Assembly (NCBI GenBank): GCA_029953675.1
Contig: JAMWBK010000010.1
Span: forward strand, 682,001 to 746,000
Origin: Rhodosorus marinus CCMP1338
Taxonomy: Eukaryota; Plantae; Rhodophyta
Direction of reading: 5' to 3'
Length of the DNA: 64,000 nt
In this document: in pieces, positions 23,790 through 36,379 of the stretch
Position numbering within the stretch: the stretch's first letter is position 1
Layout of the letters: every line of letters starts with the position of its first letter
The notes under the pieces: model-generated
Told to the model about the DNA's origin: nothing
Seen by the model: the letters and a program-made list of their open reading frames with translations, nothing else
Database searches by the model: none
Position numbers and translations under genes: made by a program

Positions 23790-24831
23790 AATGCACCTAG
23801 CTTAGATTAAAGGTTAGCTCCGGGTGAAAGGAACTTGGCATTGGCTTGGGACGCCACCACCAAGCCGCCTCTCAGCGAGCGGCCACCGGCTCGAGAGAGA
23901 GGATGTGGTAGCACCCGTGTCGAAATCACCAGAGCGGCTTTTCGCAAGCGGCTAGTGGTGAGCATGTCAACAGACTTAAACACGTAAAAACGGACAAACA
24001 AGAGCTACAGTAATGCCCAACGTCGTCCCTACGCGTTCAGCGATGACCAATCCCCATCGCTTTCTTGGACGGCTAGATGAGTGGACTGAAGTCTACTCAT
24101 CTTCAACATACTGGCACGAGCTCTCCACTAACCTTTCCAAGCGTTGTCTTCTCAGGTGTCAACGAAGGTATGTACAATCCGAACACACTGTCCCAGTCAA
24201 CTTAGGCCTTCAACAGAATGGGATGAGACAGGCTGTCCCGTGTACGCTGCTTCAGCTGTTAACCCCTTGTGATGCGTCAAAAGAAATCAGTGCTTGATCG
24301 CTTTGCAGGACGAGGAGTGCTAAGGGATACAAAAGCGGTCTTCTTGATAGTGAGGGCTATTCTAGACTGAGCGTCGATGGAAAAAATGCTTCTGCAGCTC
24401 CTAAAGTCCCTGAAAGGCTGTCCTACTAGAAATGTGACACACGAGCTGGCGAGTGGGCAAACTGTCCGATGTGTTGCCCTCCTTACGGTTCATTCCGTTC
24501 ACGTTGAATTCCAGCTTGGTGCGCGGTGCGTTCCTTGGACACTTTGGATACCCCGTGGTGATTCCTGGATGTCTCTTCTGTGCCATGTCAGCTAGGCCCC
24601 CCCGCTTTTACAGCTGAAGTCCACGCAGAAGAGACCCACACAGGAAGGAGGATTTCGCATTCTGCATACTTCCGAAAGGAGGAAGAGAGTTCTCCCGTTT
24701 CGGGGGATTAGAAGGTGCCTCGACTAAATCCGTTTATTAACATTGAGCTCGTTTCCCAGTTGGGTATCTACGCGAGTTGAAATGATAATAGCCTGGGCTC
24801 TACATTCCTATTTCTTGCTGCATACTACCTT

Positions 24832-27800
24832 TTAATTAACACGGTCTTGCTTGAGGACAATCCTATGTGCAGGGAAGGCGTACTTTTGCTGAGCGGCTGA
24901 TTGCCGCTCATTAGATACTTGCTTGGTCATGGATCTCCACCTTGCCTTAACTCCAGGGTCATATATTCGGAGCTAGAAAAAAAGAAAAGAAAACGGTTGA
25001 CTATCGGAGCCCGCAAAGAGGCGTGGAGCTTTTCAATTCACGCGTACCTCGTTCAGCTTCCTAAGCACTTTCTCGTTCGGTTTCGAGTGGTTGCGCTCGA
25101 ATCCGTAATCAATCATCTCATCGAAATTCCGGACCACTCGACTTCGAGTTTCTACTTTCCGACGACTACTGCTCACTCCTTTGAGAGCACCCTTTCCAAC
25201 TTTCTGCGAGACTCTCCTCTAGTCAACGATAAAAGCGTTTGGTAACAATTCAATGACTATTCTCTTAATGGTAGATGGAGGTCTCGTGCAGATCAGTTCT
25301 TACCTCCAACTCAGCAATCTCCTCTACCTGCTCTTCAACTGTTGCCTTCATGTACGTATCATGAAAATTGTAGCAGGAAAACAGCGGATCTGTATAGATT
25401 CCCTTTGTATTCCTCGCAAACTGGTAGACGAACATGAACAGCTTCGGGAACCGATCAGAAAAGTATCGATAGTAGTTCTTCCGCGGATCAGCCACTCCTT
25501 CAACTGGCATGGGTCCAAGAATACTCTGAACGTCTTCGCTTAGCTCAGAATAGTGACTTCTCTTGTTCCTCATCACTCGCAGGAGCCCAGCCGCATTGTT
25601 CTCATAAACCCGCTGTGTCTTCATGTTCCGGGTGCTGAAGATAACAACATAAGCATGCATTAGGGCAAAACCTTGGCGGTCGAATACAATGCCAGGGTTC
25701 ATCTTACTTCAAATTCTTTAGAAAAGTCATATCAAGTTTCAGCTGCCAGTCCAAGAACGCTTCTGCTCCGTCTTCCGCGTTGATTCGTTCCATCAGCCCT
25801 AGTCGCGGATCCTGGAGTTTGTCCGCGATATCACATAGGAACGCGACCTTCCTAGAGTCTGTCCAGAACAGCGGATGATGCTGGATCTGGTCCGCTGATG
25901 CACGAGTGCCAGCATCGTAAACCACCATTCGACTGACAAGATCATGTGCTTCAGGAAAGCACTCCAGCCGTGATAGATCGACCTCCCATTTCATGATCTT
26001 TAGATCCCTCTCATAAGGTCGGTCTCCGAATGGATGATGTCCTCCACTGAGCACGTAGTGGACAACGCACCCGGCTGAAAATATGTCAACCGCCTTCGTT
26101 TGCCTATCTCCGCGAAGGACCTCCGGAGCCCTCCAACCCACGGTACCAACCGCGCCGACACCGGTCATCACAGAGTAGGACGACCTGTCCCCCTCCAGTT
26201 GAGTCGCTAAGCCAACGTCACCAAGTTTCACCTAGGTCAAATGAAAACGATTCTATATCAGTGCGGGCTTGTCAGACTTCCCGCCTTTCAAATGATATCG
26301 TACTTGAACGTCATTTGTCTTCGCATTTCCTCTTGTCAAGAGCACGTTCTGGGGTTTCAAATCGCGATGGACGACTCCAAACATGTGAAGATTTTTGATT
26401 CCCTGAATTAAGTCGTTCAGCGCCGCTATTGTAGCCCCCGGTATAGAATCACCAATGTCTTTCTCCCGCAGAGCAGGATGCTCCTTACAAGCAACCCTTT
26501 CGGCAAGTGTACCCGCACAGAGTTCCAGAGCGAGATATATGTACTCGTGGTCCTCTTCCATTGCAAAGTATCGAACCACGTTCTGGGTACTTTCGTCCAA
26601 ACTGATGAGCATCTGAATCTCCTTGCTCGCAGAATCGTACAAATATCTGAGAAGCCTCTTAACGGCGATTGGCCTGTCTCCTGGCTGAAGCTTCCCTTCG
26701 TAAACGATTGTTCCGTTACTGCCCACACCCAGTACCTTTTGTGACACCCATATACGCCCCACTCCAAAGAAGCCCTGGCGTAAAAAGGAAAGATCAGCAG
26801 CATCGAAACAATACGTGAATACAACGTTGACAAATGCACCTTCCAACTAAAAGCTCTCTGCCAGTGAATCCATACCTCCGGAACCTGTCCATAACTGCCT
26901 GCCGTGGGTTTTCCTGGATTCGCAGCAGTCGCTTGGACCTCGTCCGCATTTTTGGCCTTCTTCTTCTTCTTCTTCTTCTTCTTGTTTGGAGTTTCGTTGA
27001 GCTCCGCTGAGCCTGAACTGCTCTCCCCAGCAACAGCTTTCAGCATGTTACTGCTTTTGGCAGTCGTGCCAGAATCCATTCCCATCGGCGTGGAAAGGAA
27101 ATGCGTTCCTTCCTTTTTTCTGCCCGTGCGATACAAAAGCAGAAGGCTCACTATCAAGGTGCCACAAAATAATACTGCGATAAGAACTTCTATCCAGGAG
27201 GGACCTTCTCTAAGCCCATTACGGGTGCTACGACGATAATTCGTGTTTTGGCCTGCGGGCCCCGGCAAATATCTTTTGCGATCGTCTGGCGGCGATTCAA
27301 AGTACTCGGCTTTCTCGGAGCCGGAGGCAATAGTTGTCGGTCCTACAAGCATTCTCGAACGCCCCTCATCTTCTGCGAGAATTCTTGGAACAAGATTCGT
27401 GCTCGATTCACCGTCAAGTCCCAACGCCTCAGCTTGTTCCGAGATCTCTACTTCGACCCCGTTGAGACCATGAGCCTCCACAGCCAAGGACGGAAGGGTC
27501 TCCGACCAGAGCGTAGAGTCACCATCAAACATGTGTATTTGTTTTCGTGAATGCGAAACCTCAAGCCTGTAAACTGGCTCTTTCTCAGCGCTGTCGTCCG
27601 TGGCATCTCCTGAATAGCCAGGGAGACACTCCCCGTTCTGAAACAAAAGCGGTTTGATGTGATGTATTGACGCATTCATCACTTGCATTCCCGTCGCGGG
27701 CTCTATTACACGCATACCAGACTCCACGCTTCTGAGAATCACCACGTCACTACGTTCGTCCAAAACATCGTCCAAGGACTTTCTCTGCTCGGCATCTGGA

Positions 27801-28600
27801 CAGGACTCCTCGCTAAGAAAATCTATAGAGCCAAACGAAGCGAATTCAGTCGACTAACAAGCTTTTATCTTCGGTGACTTTCCATAGCACGATACTTCAC
27901 GTACCATGATCAGCGTAAGACAAAGCCCGTAAGACTTTCCCTGTACACCGATCAACGTAGAATGCTTTGGTCTCTCGATAGCTCAAGAGAACAGATGGTT
28001 TCGAACCAACTGGAGAATGTAACTGGTCCACTGGCTGCACCTCCTCCTTGTCCTCATCGTAGAAGTAGATGTTACCATCCACGCCTGCAACGACCTCCGG
28101 CCAGTCTTCTCTTGACCAGGAAGTTGCCGAGGGTTTGGGGAAGTGCACGCTCCACATTCGATTCCCTTTGGGGCACAGCGTTAAAACTCAACGTTAGCGA
28201 CGAACAGCATATCACAGCAAAGCAATTGACCCCCCCCCCCCACTTCCCGCAGCCTCTGCAGCTCTCTTTCCCCGCACGGCATAAAACAAGCGCAGTAAAA
28301 CAATAAGGCAACACATGCAACTCAAAAAAACAGGAGAAAGTTCAACAAAGCGGAGCGGGTGATTTTCTCACCATTCTCAGCATTGTATGCGTGCAACGAC
28401 CCGTCCAACAGCGAGACAAGTACCATTCCATTGCTCTCACCAACGCATGAGCTCGCGTGAGCACCCACCACCGAGCCCCTCCGCAAACCAAAATCCCGGT
28501 CAGGTTCAGCCCCCTTTGTGCTCACACCCAGCAAACCGCAAAATATCAAAACTAGGCCCACCAACCCCATCCCAACAAACCTACCACCCAAACTCCCCAT
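24832..28600 (-). CDS. IRE1: IRE1 ER-stress sensor kinase/endoribonuclease with C-terminal extension; exact start uncertain
   Basis: Signal peptide, luminal VSLLDGSLHA/VAGVDGNIY, TM (IEVLIAVLFCGTLIVSLLLLY), kinase LGVGSNGTIVYEG..AVKRLL..NVVRYF..VVHRDLKPQNVLL..GTVGWRAPE..VDIFSAGC, KEN domain LLRVMRNKRSHYSEL..YYRYFSDRFPKL. Confidence 0.95.
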
Positions 28601-30019
28601 CCTTCCTCAAAATGAGGTTCCGCCTCCCTCCACACCACACCCAACCACCCACCCACCCCCCCACCACCCCCTACTGCCAGCAGACACACCTCTTCACCCT
28701 CCTCGCCTTCCCTCCTCCCCCTCCCCACCAGCCAATAAAGCTCTGTCTTTGTAGGCTAACAAACCTCCCATTTCAATTCGAAAAACATAGATTGGGACAT
28801 TCCAAAACAATTCGGTAAAAGCAACACGGTTCTTCTGGTGTTGTTTCAGCCAGACTAGTGTGAAGTCTTTTGTTATCTGGATCTGGCTATCTGCCTTACT
28901 CTCTCTCCTCTATCTGCCTAGCTCGAAGAGGAAGAAGCAGGACGTACGAGTGTGAAATCGGGTTTATCGATTGAAGCTCCTTCTTTGGAGGTGGAAATCG
29001 GTTGGTTAAATGTTCTCCAAGCTCTTCACTGTGAAACGTCTGAAACAGTGCCGAGCTCACCATCTCTGTCTAATCGTGACGTCCTGTTCAGCATATCCTC
29101 GAGTTCTACGAAATCACACCTGTCATCGATTTTTTAAATTTACTGGAGGCAGAAGCTCGCGCAAAGCTATCTATCACAAGCAGCGAGCACTTAAGAAGCG
29201 AAGGCCCAGTGCGTCTAAAACCGGATGAAAAACACATTACATAATTCTTATCATATAATTACATTAGTTATAACATAACGCAATAAATACTAAAATAATT
29301 CAATATTCAAGGGCTAAAAACGGATTGATTTTATATGGAGTATTTTCTGCTACTTTAGGGTTTTTCAGATCCGCCCTAAAAGGCAAAAAACACTCAATTG
29401 CTTCCGATAGAAGACTATCATATCTGAATTAGCAAAAACAGAGGTGTACATTCGGTGTCGACCCCGAGTTTGGGGTTACGTTAGGACAGGGTTCGGATAT
29501 TCTTCAATCAACGACACATATTGATTGGCTTTTCAATCTTCTTCTTCCCGGACACTTGATTCCTGCACGTCTGAAAAACTATTTGAAGGCTTTATGACAG
29601 TCTGTCGACCGGTAGTCATCAGTCAATATATGAGAGTAGCGCATCTTCATATTCCTAAAAAAAATCATGATTCAATATCTAAACCGTAGATGATTGATTA
29701 TTAGACGAACGTTGATTGAGCCGCAGCCGTTTTTATCGGACTGATATCGGACAAGCGTTTTTGAATCATTTCAACAAGCTGCAGTTTTTACATTTATTCA
29801 ATAATCTAAATTTAATCGGACGGTTTATGACGGTTGGGTTGAGCGGTGATTTGATCAATCCCCTAAACGCCAAACTTGGGTTGTCAGAGATACCGTAAGT
29901 GTCTAGGAGCTCTTAAGCGGAATCCTCTAGGCAAGCATCTGATGAAGCCTTCTCATTCCAAGAATTGCGGGAGAAAGGGAGGTTGGACAGGAGCACTTCC
30001 GTGAAACTCTTTCCGCCAA

Positions 30020-30135
30020 CGGTTCCACGCGATTCGCCTGAATTCCCAGGAATGCAAATATCATTTGGTTAAGAGTCCCGGTTCCACGCGATTCGCCTGA
30101 ATTCCCAGGAATGCAAATATCATTTGGTTAAGAGT
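30020..30135 (+). repeat. Exact 57-bp tandem duplication (period 59)
   Basis: cggttccacgcgattcgcctgaattcccaggaatgcaaatatcatttggttaagagt at 30020-30076 and 30079-30135. Confidence 0.95.
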
Positions 30136-31489
30136 TCGTGTTAGATTTCGTTAGTGTCAGGGACATCCCGAGATTTTGGTTTCGGGCGTAGGGGGGAAGC
30201 TGATTTGAGAATTGGAGACCACGAATGCATTCTAAGTTTCCTCTTTAATTTGGGGTGTCGCCTGTGTTCTTGGTCTTGCACCCATCGAGATTCGGATTTG
30301 CGAAGGCTTTATGATGCAGAAACCCATTCCCCCAACCCCCTTTAGGGACAGCACCAGTCCGTTGGGTGGACGGAGACTCAGGGCGAAGACCCAGGGGGGC
30401 ATTTTGGCTTCGAGGTGTTTGCTCTTCCCTTTACGGTGATGCTTGGATTTATGGAGCATGTAAAGGTTTGTATCCTGCTGCGACTAGGCTCCACGAGCAG
30501 AATATAGCGATGGTGAGGTTTCTGCTCTGTCTACCGCTCAAACTCATTTTGAGTTTTATTCCTCCAGTCCGGCCGTTCGACGTCGTTCAGGTCGATCCTC
30601 GCAATCAGCAGATCGCGTTTGTCCCGCTTCAACTAGATTAAGAGGGGACAGGGTCCTCCCTATTCTAATGATTCGCGTGGTTTCTGTGTTTGGAATTTCC
30701 AAGTTAATTTAAATATATCGGGCATGTCCTGCTGTCCTTGCTGCAGTGGTGTTGACTCTGAATGAACGATGATGATGAGTGTAACGAGTGTGGCCAACCG
30801 AAACTCGCTCTTGTTTTGAATCAAACCAGCCGTGATGCCTGAAATGTCTGAAGTTCCATTGAAACGGGTACAGCATATCTCTAGCCGATCAATTCTGCAT
30901 GGGCGCATTGGCTGGTTGGGAACTCCGCTTAGTACTACTTCTTCTCAGGACGTCCCAATCTGTCTTTTCACATGCATGAACATCCATTCGTCCTGTGGGG
31001 TCAGCAGGTTGGACGTCTTGGATAAATATCGTGGACGAGCGTCCAGCGTCTTCCCCGGTGGAGGGCGCTCCCAATGGTTGTTTTGTGCTCTTGAACTTAA
31101 AAGGTGCACCCTATGCAGACTTCCCAAGCGTGCTTTCGGAGACGCATGGACAATTTAGCGCGTTCGCACTTGCAGCGGCAATCGTGAATAAAGGATGATG
31201 GTGAATCTTGAACTTGCATGCTAAGTTGAAGGTACCAGCTTCAGCGTGAGAACAGGCTATAACCCGCTAAGGTTTCTACATTCCCAAAAGAAACTTACCT
31301 AGGGACAAACCCCGATACATTAATCGACTGATGCTGTTCCAATTCGATATCGAATACAGGAAAACATCGCAGCCCATCGAGCTGGGTTGCCATTCAGCAG
31401 CTATCAGCTCGGGTCTCTCCAACGTGCGCGACTGGGAGAACTCAGAATTTTCGATCATATTCGAGGAAACGCATTAGTGCCGCAGCAGG

Positions 31490-31975
31490 GATTTAAACGA
31501 CTTGGTAATCTATTCTACCTCTTCATCGTGCTTGCGTTCCAAAGAATCTGGTTCTTGCCGCTGTCAGGGCGACCATTTCTTGTTCGTGCGTCGAATATCG
31601 TCCTTCCGTGTGTGTGAAATTTTCTGAGCAGGAGGTGACCGGGTGTTCGGCATCGTTGAACAACTTCTGGAGGAGTACCACTCCGATCCCTAGGGGCTGG
31701 CGTCCGTGTCTTTGATGAACCGTCGAATGCTGACATCGCGAAAATCGCTGCCATACAAAAGTGGAAGCCATTGGGAAAACGTCAGTGATGTGCGTTCTTT
31801 CTTAGGATTCGCAGACTATCTGCGAAGTTTCATAGCGCAATTTAGTATTGCGGACGCATCGGGAGTCGACCTCGGGAGGAAGCAGACGCAACGAGGATAC
31901 CCCGTCGCTTTCGAGAGTCGAAAATTTAGCAGGGCGGAAAAGCGTTGCGCAGTCCACGAACGAGAGGTGTTCAAA
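31490..31975 (+). mobile_element. Decayed Ty3/gypsy reverse transcriptase-RNase H fragment
   Basis: LNDLVIYS (YLDDILIYS-like), AKIAAIQKW, ENVSDVRSFLGFADYLRSFI, ADASGVDLG..QRGYPVAFESRKFSRAEKRCAVHERE, with frameshifts. Confidence 0.85.
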
Positions 31976-33361
31976 CCACTTGGCTTCTGAATTCCGACAG
32001 GGATCGAGGGCTAAAAATCGTCCTCTAACATGGGCTAATAACTATGCTCCAACATCCCCACTAGGTTGCCTCAACAGCAACATTGTTCTCACATTGCCTT
32101 ATTACCAACCAACCAAGCAATAAAGTCTAACCCTGAAACAGGTTCACCACTACTGAAAATGAGCATATTTTATAGAAAACAAGATCAAAATATATTTGGT
32201 AAATAGAGTTTGATCTTGTTTTCTTGTATATTTAACGCCATATTCTTGTTTTGAGAGATTTGAACTAAAAGCTTAGCCGATATCTTTTAAAAAGACTTAA
32301 TACGCAAAGTGTATTTCACAATTGTTTTCAAAATATGCATTTTATATGCTAATTCTAAGAAGATATCTTATTTTACGTTCGATACTAAATGTCTAGCTGC
32401 TAGCAGTTGAGAGCATGGGGTTCGCAGCGCTTAAGCTACCGTTTCGAGTTTCAGCTTGGCCTGGTCTGAAGCTGGTTGCTTGAAGAATCAGCACATCCAA
32501 AGTGATTTCGATTTTAGCAAAAGGAGTGCACGTCACGGTACAGCAAGCTCGACGACGACCTTTACGATTAAGAGCAGTATCTGGCTCTAAAAGGCGTGAA
32601 AAAGCGTCTAGAGGGAGGAAGGACGGATCTTGATTGAACTGTGAGCAGCTAGAGCCAATGTGGATTTAACCGGCGATCCAAACGCCCCTTTCGATCCCTC
32701 CACCAAACCTATGGAGTCATCGGATCAGCCAGGTTGCCCTTGATGTTTCGAGTGGAGTGTACCGCGCGCACATCGCGTATATTCTCCGAGCGGAGTGTGT
32801 GTATCCATCGGAATCGGTCTAAGATTCACGGAGACGCCGGACCATGGGTATGCCTATCTCCGCCTTAGATCCGTACGTTGCGGATCACACAAGCGGGACT
32901 TCCTGCTGAGAAGCTGTAAATGTCTTCAGCCCGATTCTTCTCAGGGCTCTCTATTCGTCACAGAAAGCTCGAGTATGGTATCAATGTAGAGTTGTATCTC
33001 GTCGATGTTGCGATGGACCAACCTGCCTCCACAGGAGTCTAGGGTACCAGCGTAAACAGCTTGAGAACTTTCCTGGAATGCAGCACTTTCGCCTGCGCTG
33101 AAGAGGTCTTCAATCCAGCGCAATCCTTCCGTGGACTTACGAGGCCGGCCAAAATGGTTAACGTTTGTTTTACTGTTATGCAATCAGCAATTCCGTTTTG
33201 GCACATAACGCGTGCTTCTCTCTAATAAACCAATCCTGTTTCGAGACATACTATCCAAAAAACCCCTCGCTCCCTCAGACCACTGCGCACCATCATTTGT
33301 TTTACACGCCAAAACTGGGCGGCCTCTCTGTGGTAGTGAAGTTGCAAACTCAGAAGAACAG

Positions 33362-33840
33362 TTACCTTGTGTTTGCGAATATCTTTGGCGCAGCCTGAAA
33401 CAAAAGAAACCTCATTTCAGCAAATGCGGGACGGAAAGGGTGTCTCCGTCGTTTTCTAGACTTACGCATTTATCAATGCATTTCCAAAAGTCAAGATACT
33501 GTCCAGTGCAGTGTGCTTCTCCGGTGGTATCATCTTCTATTCTCTTTTGGCATGCTTCATATGCTCTCAACTCCTAACCAATACGAGAGATCATCACCGA
33601 ACAATGTGAATACAACACGGCGAGGACAATCAAGTTCTAAACAACCCGGCTCTGAGCGCGACCCGGTCCAAAGCGCCGGGACAAGAGATTCTCAAAGCCG
33701 ATCACAATTCATCGGCAGTACGGCGATGGCCCAATAAACACAGGAAAGTGCCTTAGAACGGATCTCACCTTTCCGCACTTCGGCTTGCACCCTTCCTCAT
33801 AAACCTCCTTCATATCCACGGGCTCCTCCTCCTCCGCCAT
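33362..33840 (-). CDS. QCR6: Cytochrome b-c1 complex subunit 6 (hinge protein), 3 exons
   Basis: MAEEEEPVDMKEVYEEGCKPKCGK|ELRAYEACQKRIEDDTTGEAHCTGQYLDFWKCIDKC|AAPKIFANTR*; twin-Cys hinge pattern. Too fragmented to appear whole in the ORF track. Confidence 0.95.
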
Positions 33841-35025
33841 CGCTAGTTGTTGGGTTAAGCTAAACGCCGTGGCAACGCAGCCCAAAAAAAGCACAAAGAA
33901 ATGAGTTCCCACCAATACAACAAAAAAAAAAAAAAAAAAGAAGAGGGGAGGAGACAAGAACAAGTATGCAACCCAAAAGCTCACCTCCAGCAAAACCAAA
34001 CCCTATATATACCCCCCAACCTCCCGTTCCACCTCCCCCACCCACCCCACCCCAAAGCAATCGCCTCGTCATACCACCAAAAACAAAAGAAAAACAAAAC
34101 AAGCAAGCTCATCGACCCCAAAACTCCCATATTTGGCCCCCCAAAACAGAGCTCTAAACACCATTTCCCCCATTTCAAAGCAATCCAACCAAAAAAAACC
34201 ACCCCAACGACCTCCCTCCCCCCCTCCAATTTATTTCTTCAAACAACAAAAAACAACTGCCCCCCTCATCGAGTAAGAAACCCATCGTCCACTGACCTAC
34301 ATCGATCAAACCCTCCCCCCCCTATTTTCTTGCATGAAAAAAGTCACGACTTTTGCCACAAATTTCCAAATTTCATCAATATCCCAATCGGATGATTGAA
34401 ATTGCATACAAAAGTCAACCCCCTCACTCCCTACCGCTCACGATCCATCTGCTTCGTGAAAGAACCATTGGAACCCTCTCGGATGGCCTACCATCGATAA
34501 TTCATATTTTGGAATAAATAATGGTTGCAACGGGGGTGAAGGAGGTCCCGGCCCAACTGTTCGATGGGAATCGATGATTCAATCAATATGACGACAATAT
34601 AGATTGAGATTTGTCGTTTTAGGTGAGGTTGGGTGTTTTGGTTGGGAAGTCTTTGGCTGAGAGTGAAAACGACTGACTAGCGGTGATTTTTCAGTCATCG
34701 TTTTGTTGTCTACGGGATAAGTTGGAAGTGCTTGACCTCGATTTTTGTTGCCCTTGTGCTCGTGCCCTGGGCAGCAAACGGGAGACCGGAGGACCACGAC
34801 GCCACATTTGTACATGCTTTGTTTTTGGTCAGTATCAGTATCCTATCGCTTCTGCCTCTGTAGTTTCTGTTGCTAATAAAGCCAGTTTCTGAGGGTTAGC
34901 GCGACACGGCTATCTCCTCTCTATGTGCCTGCTTTCCTTGGTCAGAGTGAGTACAACAAAATCCTGTCGCTCTTCTCTCTTCAATAATTCATTATAGTTT
35001 TTTCCAATCGGCAGAAGCAGAAGAT

Positions 35026-36379
35026 CTACATCCATGCTGCACGCCTCTCCCTCTTCGACGCCAGTCCAACGAAGACGTACTCTCCCTCATCCAGCTCGCA
35101 TTCTATGTCAAGTGATTCAGTCTTCGTGTTCTGTGAGTGAAAGGACGGGAATGAAAATAGTCGGATAATGACCCATCAGAACTAAGAGGATTTGGGCTGA
35201 GCCCCATAAAAGTGACCAACCAGTTTTGACAAGCATACCTGGCGATACCAGCTATGCCCGCAGATCGCGTCATTGACGAAAACAACTTCATATATACAAG
35301 TCTCCAGCTCAGTAACAGCACTGACGTAAGCCGCATTGCGATCTTGGCCTGATTCAATACCCACATTTTCATCAGGATACGTCCCAGAGCAGACATATCT
35401 CAACCGTGTCCTGCGGGGTTCATTTGTCAGATCGCACAAGGATCCATTGTTGTACATTTCTGTGTATTCGTTCTGATCTATAGTTTTTGCACACACGAAA
35501 ATGCTATCAGTATGCAGCACAAAATATCAATTGCGGGGCGTCAACAAGTATCTCACCCGTCCAAACTTGTTCGTCGGAGTCTTGTGCGGTTGCCCCGTCG
35601 TAATTCCCCAATGAAAAGGACTCCGTCGCGGTGTCCGATCCTCTCGCAGTGTGCTCCTGAAGGACTTTATCCTGGAAACAGAAGCGGTACCTCCACCACG
35701 AGTTCGACTGCACATATTTCAGGACTATCGCACCATCTTTATATTCTGTCGTAACACTTACTCTGGGGAACAGATAGCATTTGTTTTTGTAACGGCTCAG
35801 TAGCTCTTGCGCTTCATCCGTAGGATCAACTCGCTTCTGCTTCAGGAGAGTAAGTCTGTTTCCCCGCGATCGATTAGTGGGCAGTCTGCATAGCAACGTC
35901 TGCCCGTTTGCGGTGACGACCTTTTCCACCCTCTCCTCTTCACACCTTCCGTCCTCTGCATTACACTTCGAAGGTCCACGTCCCTCCTCAGTGGATGCTT
36001 TGTCAGCCGTTTCCTCATTTGGGATAGCATCTTCGGTTTGAATTTCATCATCATCAATGGGATCATTGTCAGATCCATCCACTACATCCTTCCCGTCTAC
36101 TTCGGGCCGGGAAGCATCGTCACTGCGTCCGCCGCCTGGCATGTCCTCAGTCACCTTATCCATCTCTTCTGATGAATATCCAAAGTTCTTATTATGTTTC
36201 TCCTTGTATTCGCTCGGTAGGGAACCAATCTTAGGAACTCTGACCTGATAAACCAGCTTCGGGGAGCCTCCAATGGGAAGCTCGAAATTCGTGAGCCCAG
36301 AGTCCATCTTCCCCTGAGCACCCAGCCATGTAATACAGATGGCCGCCACTAGGGTGGTGTACACAACCCTGAAACTCAT
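35026..36379 (-). CDS. OS9: OS-9/ERLEC1-like ER lectin (MRH/PRKCSH domain)
   Basis: Signal peptide; GQTLLCRLP, WWRYRFCFQDKVLQEH, FSLGNY, YTEMYNNGSLCDLTNEPRRTRLRYVC, VTELETCIYEVVF..AIC. Confidence 0.85.

Noticed and set aside
24013-24429. Possible small spliced gene or 12-nt microexon (24156-24167, with ctaac branch, CAG and GTATGT)
   Set aside because: Splice signals are plausible, but the alternative models give short peptides with no homology or no start codon. Not supportable without RNA data.
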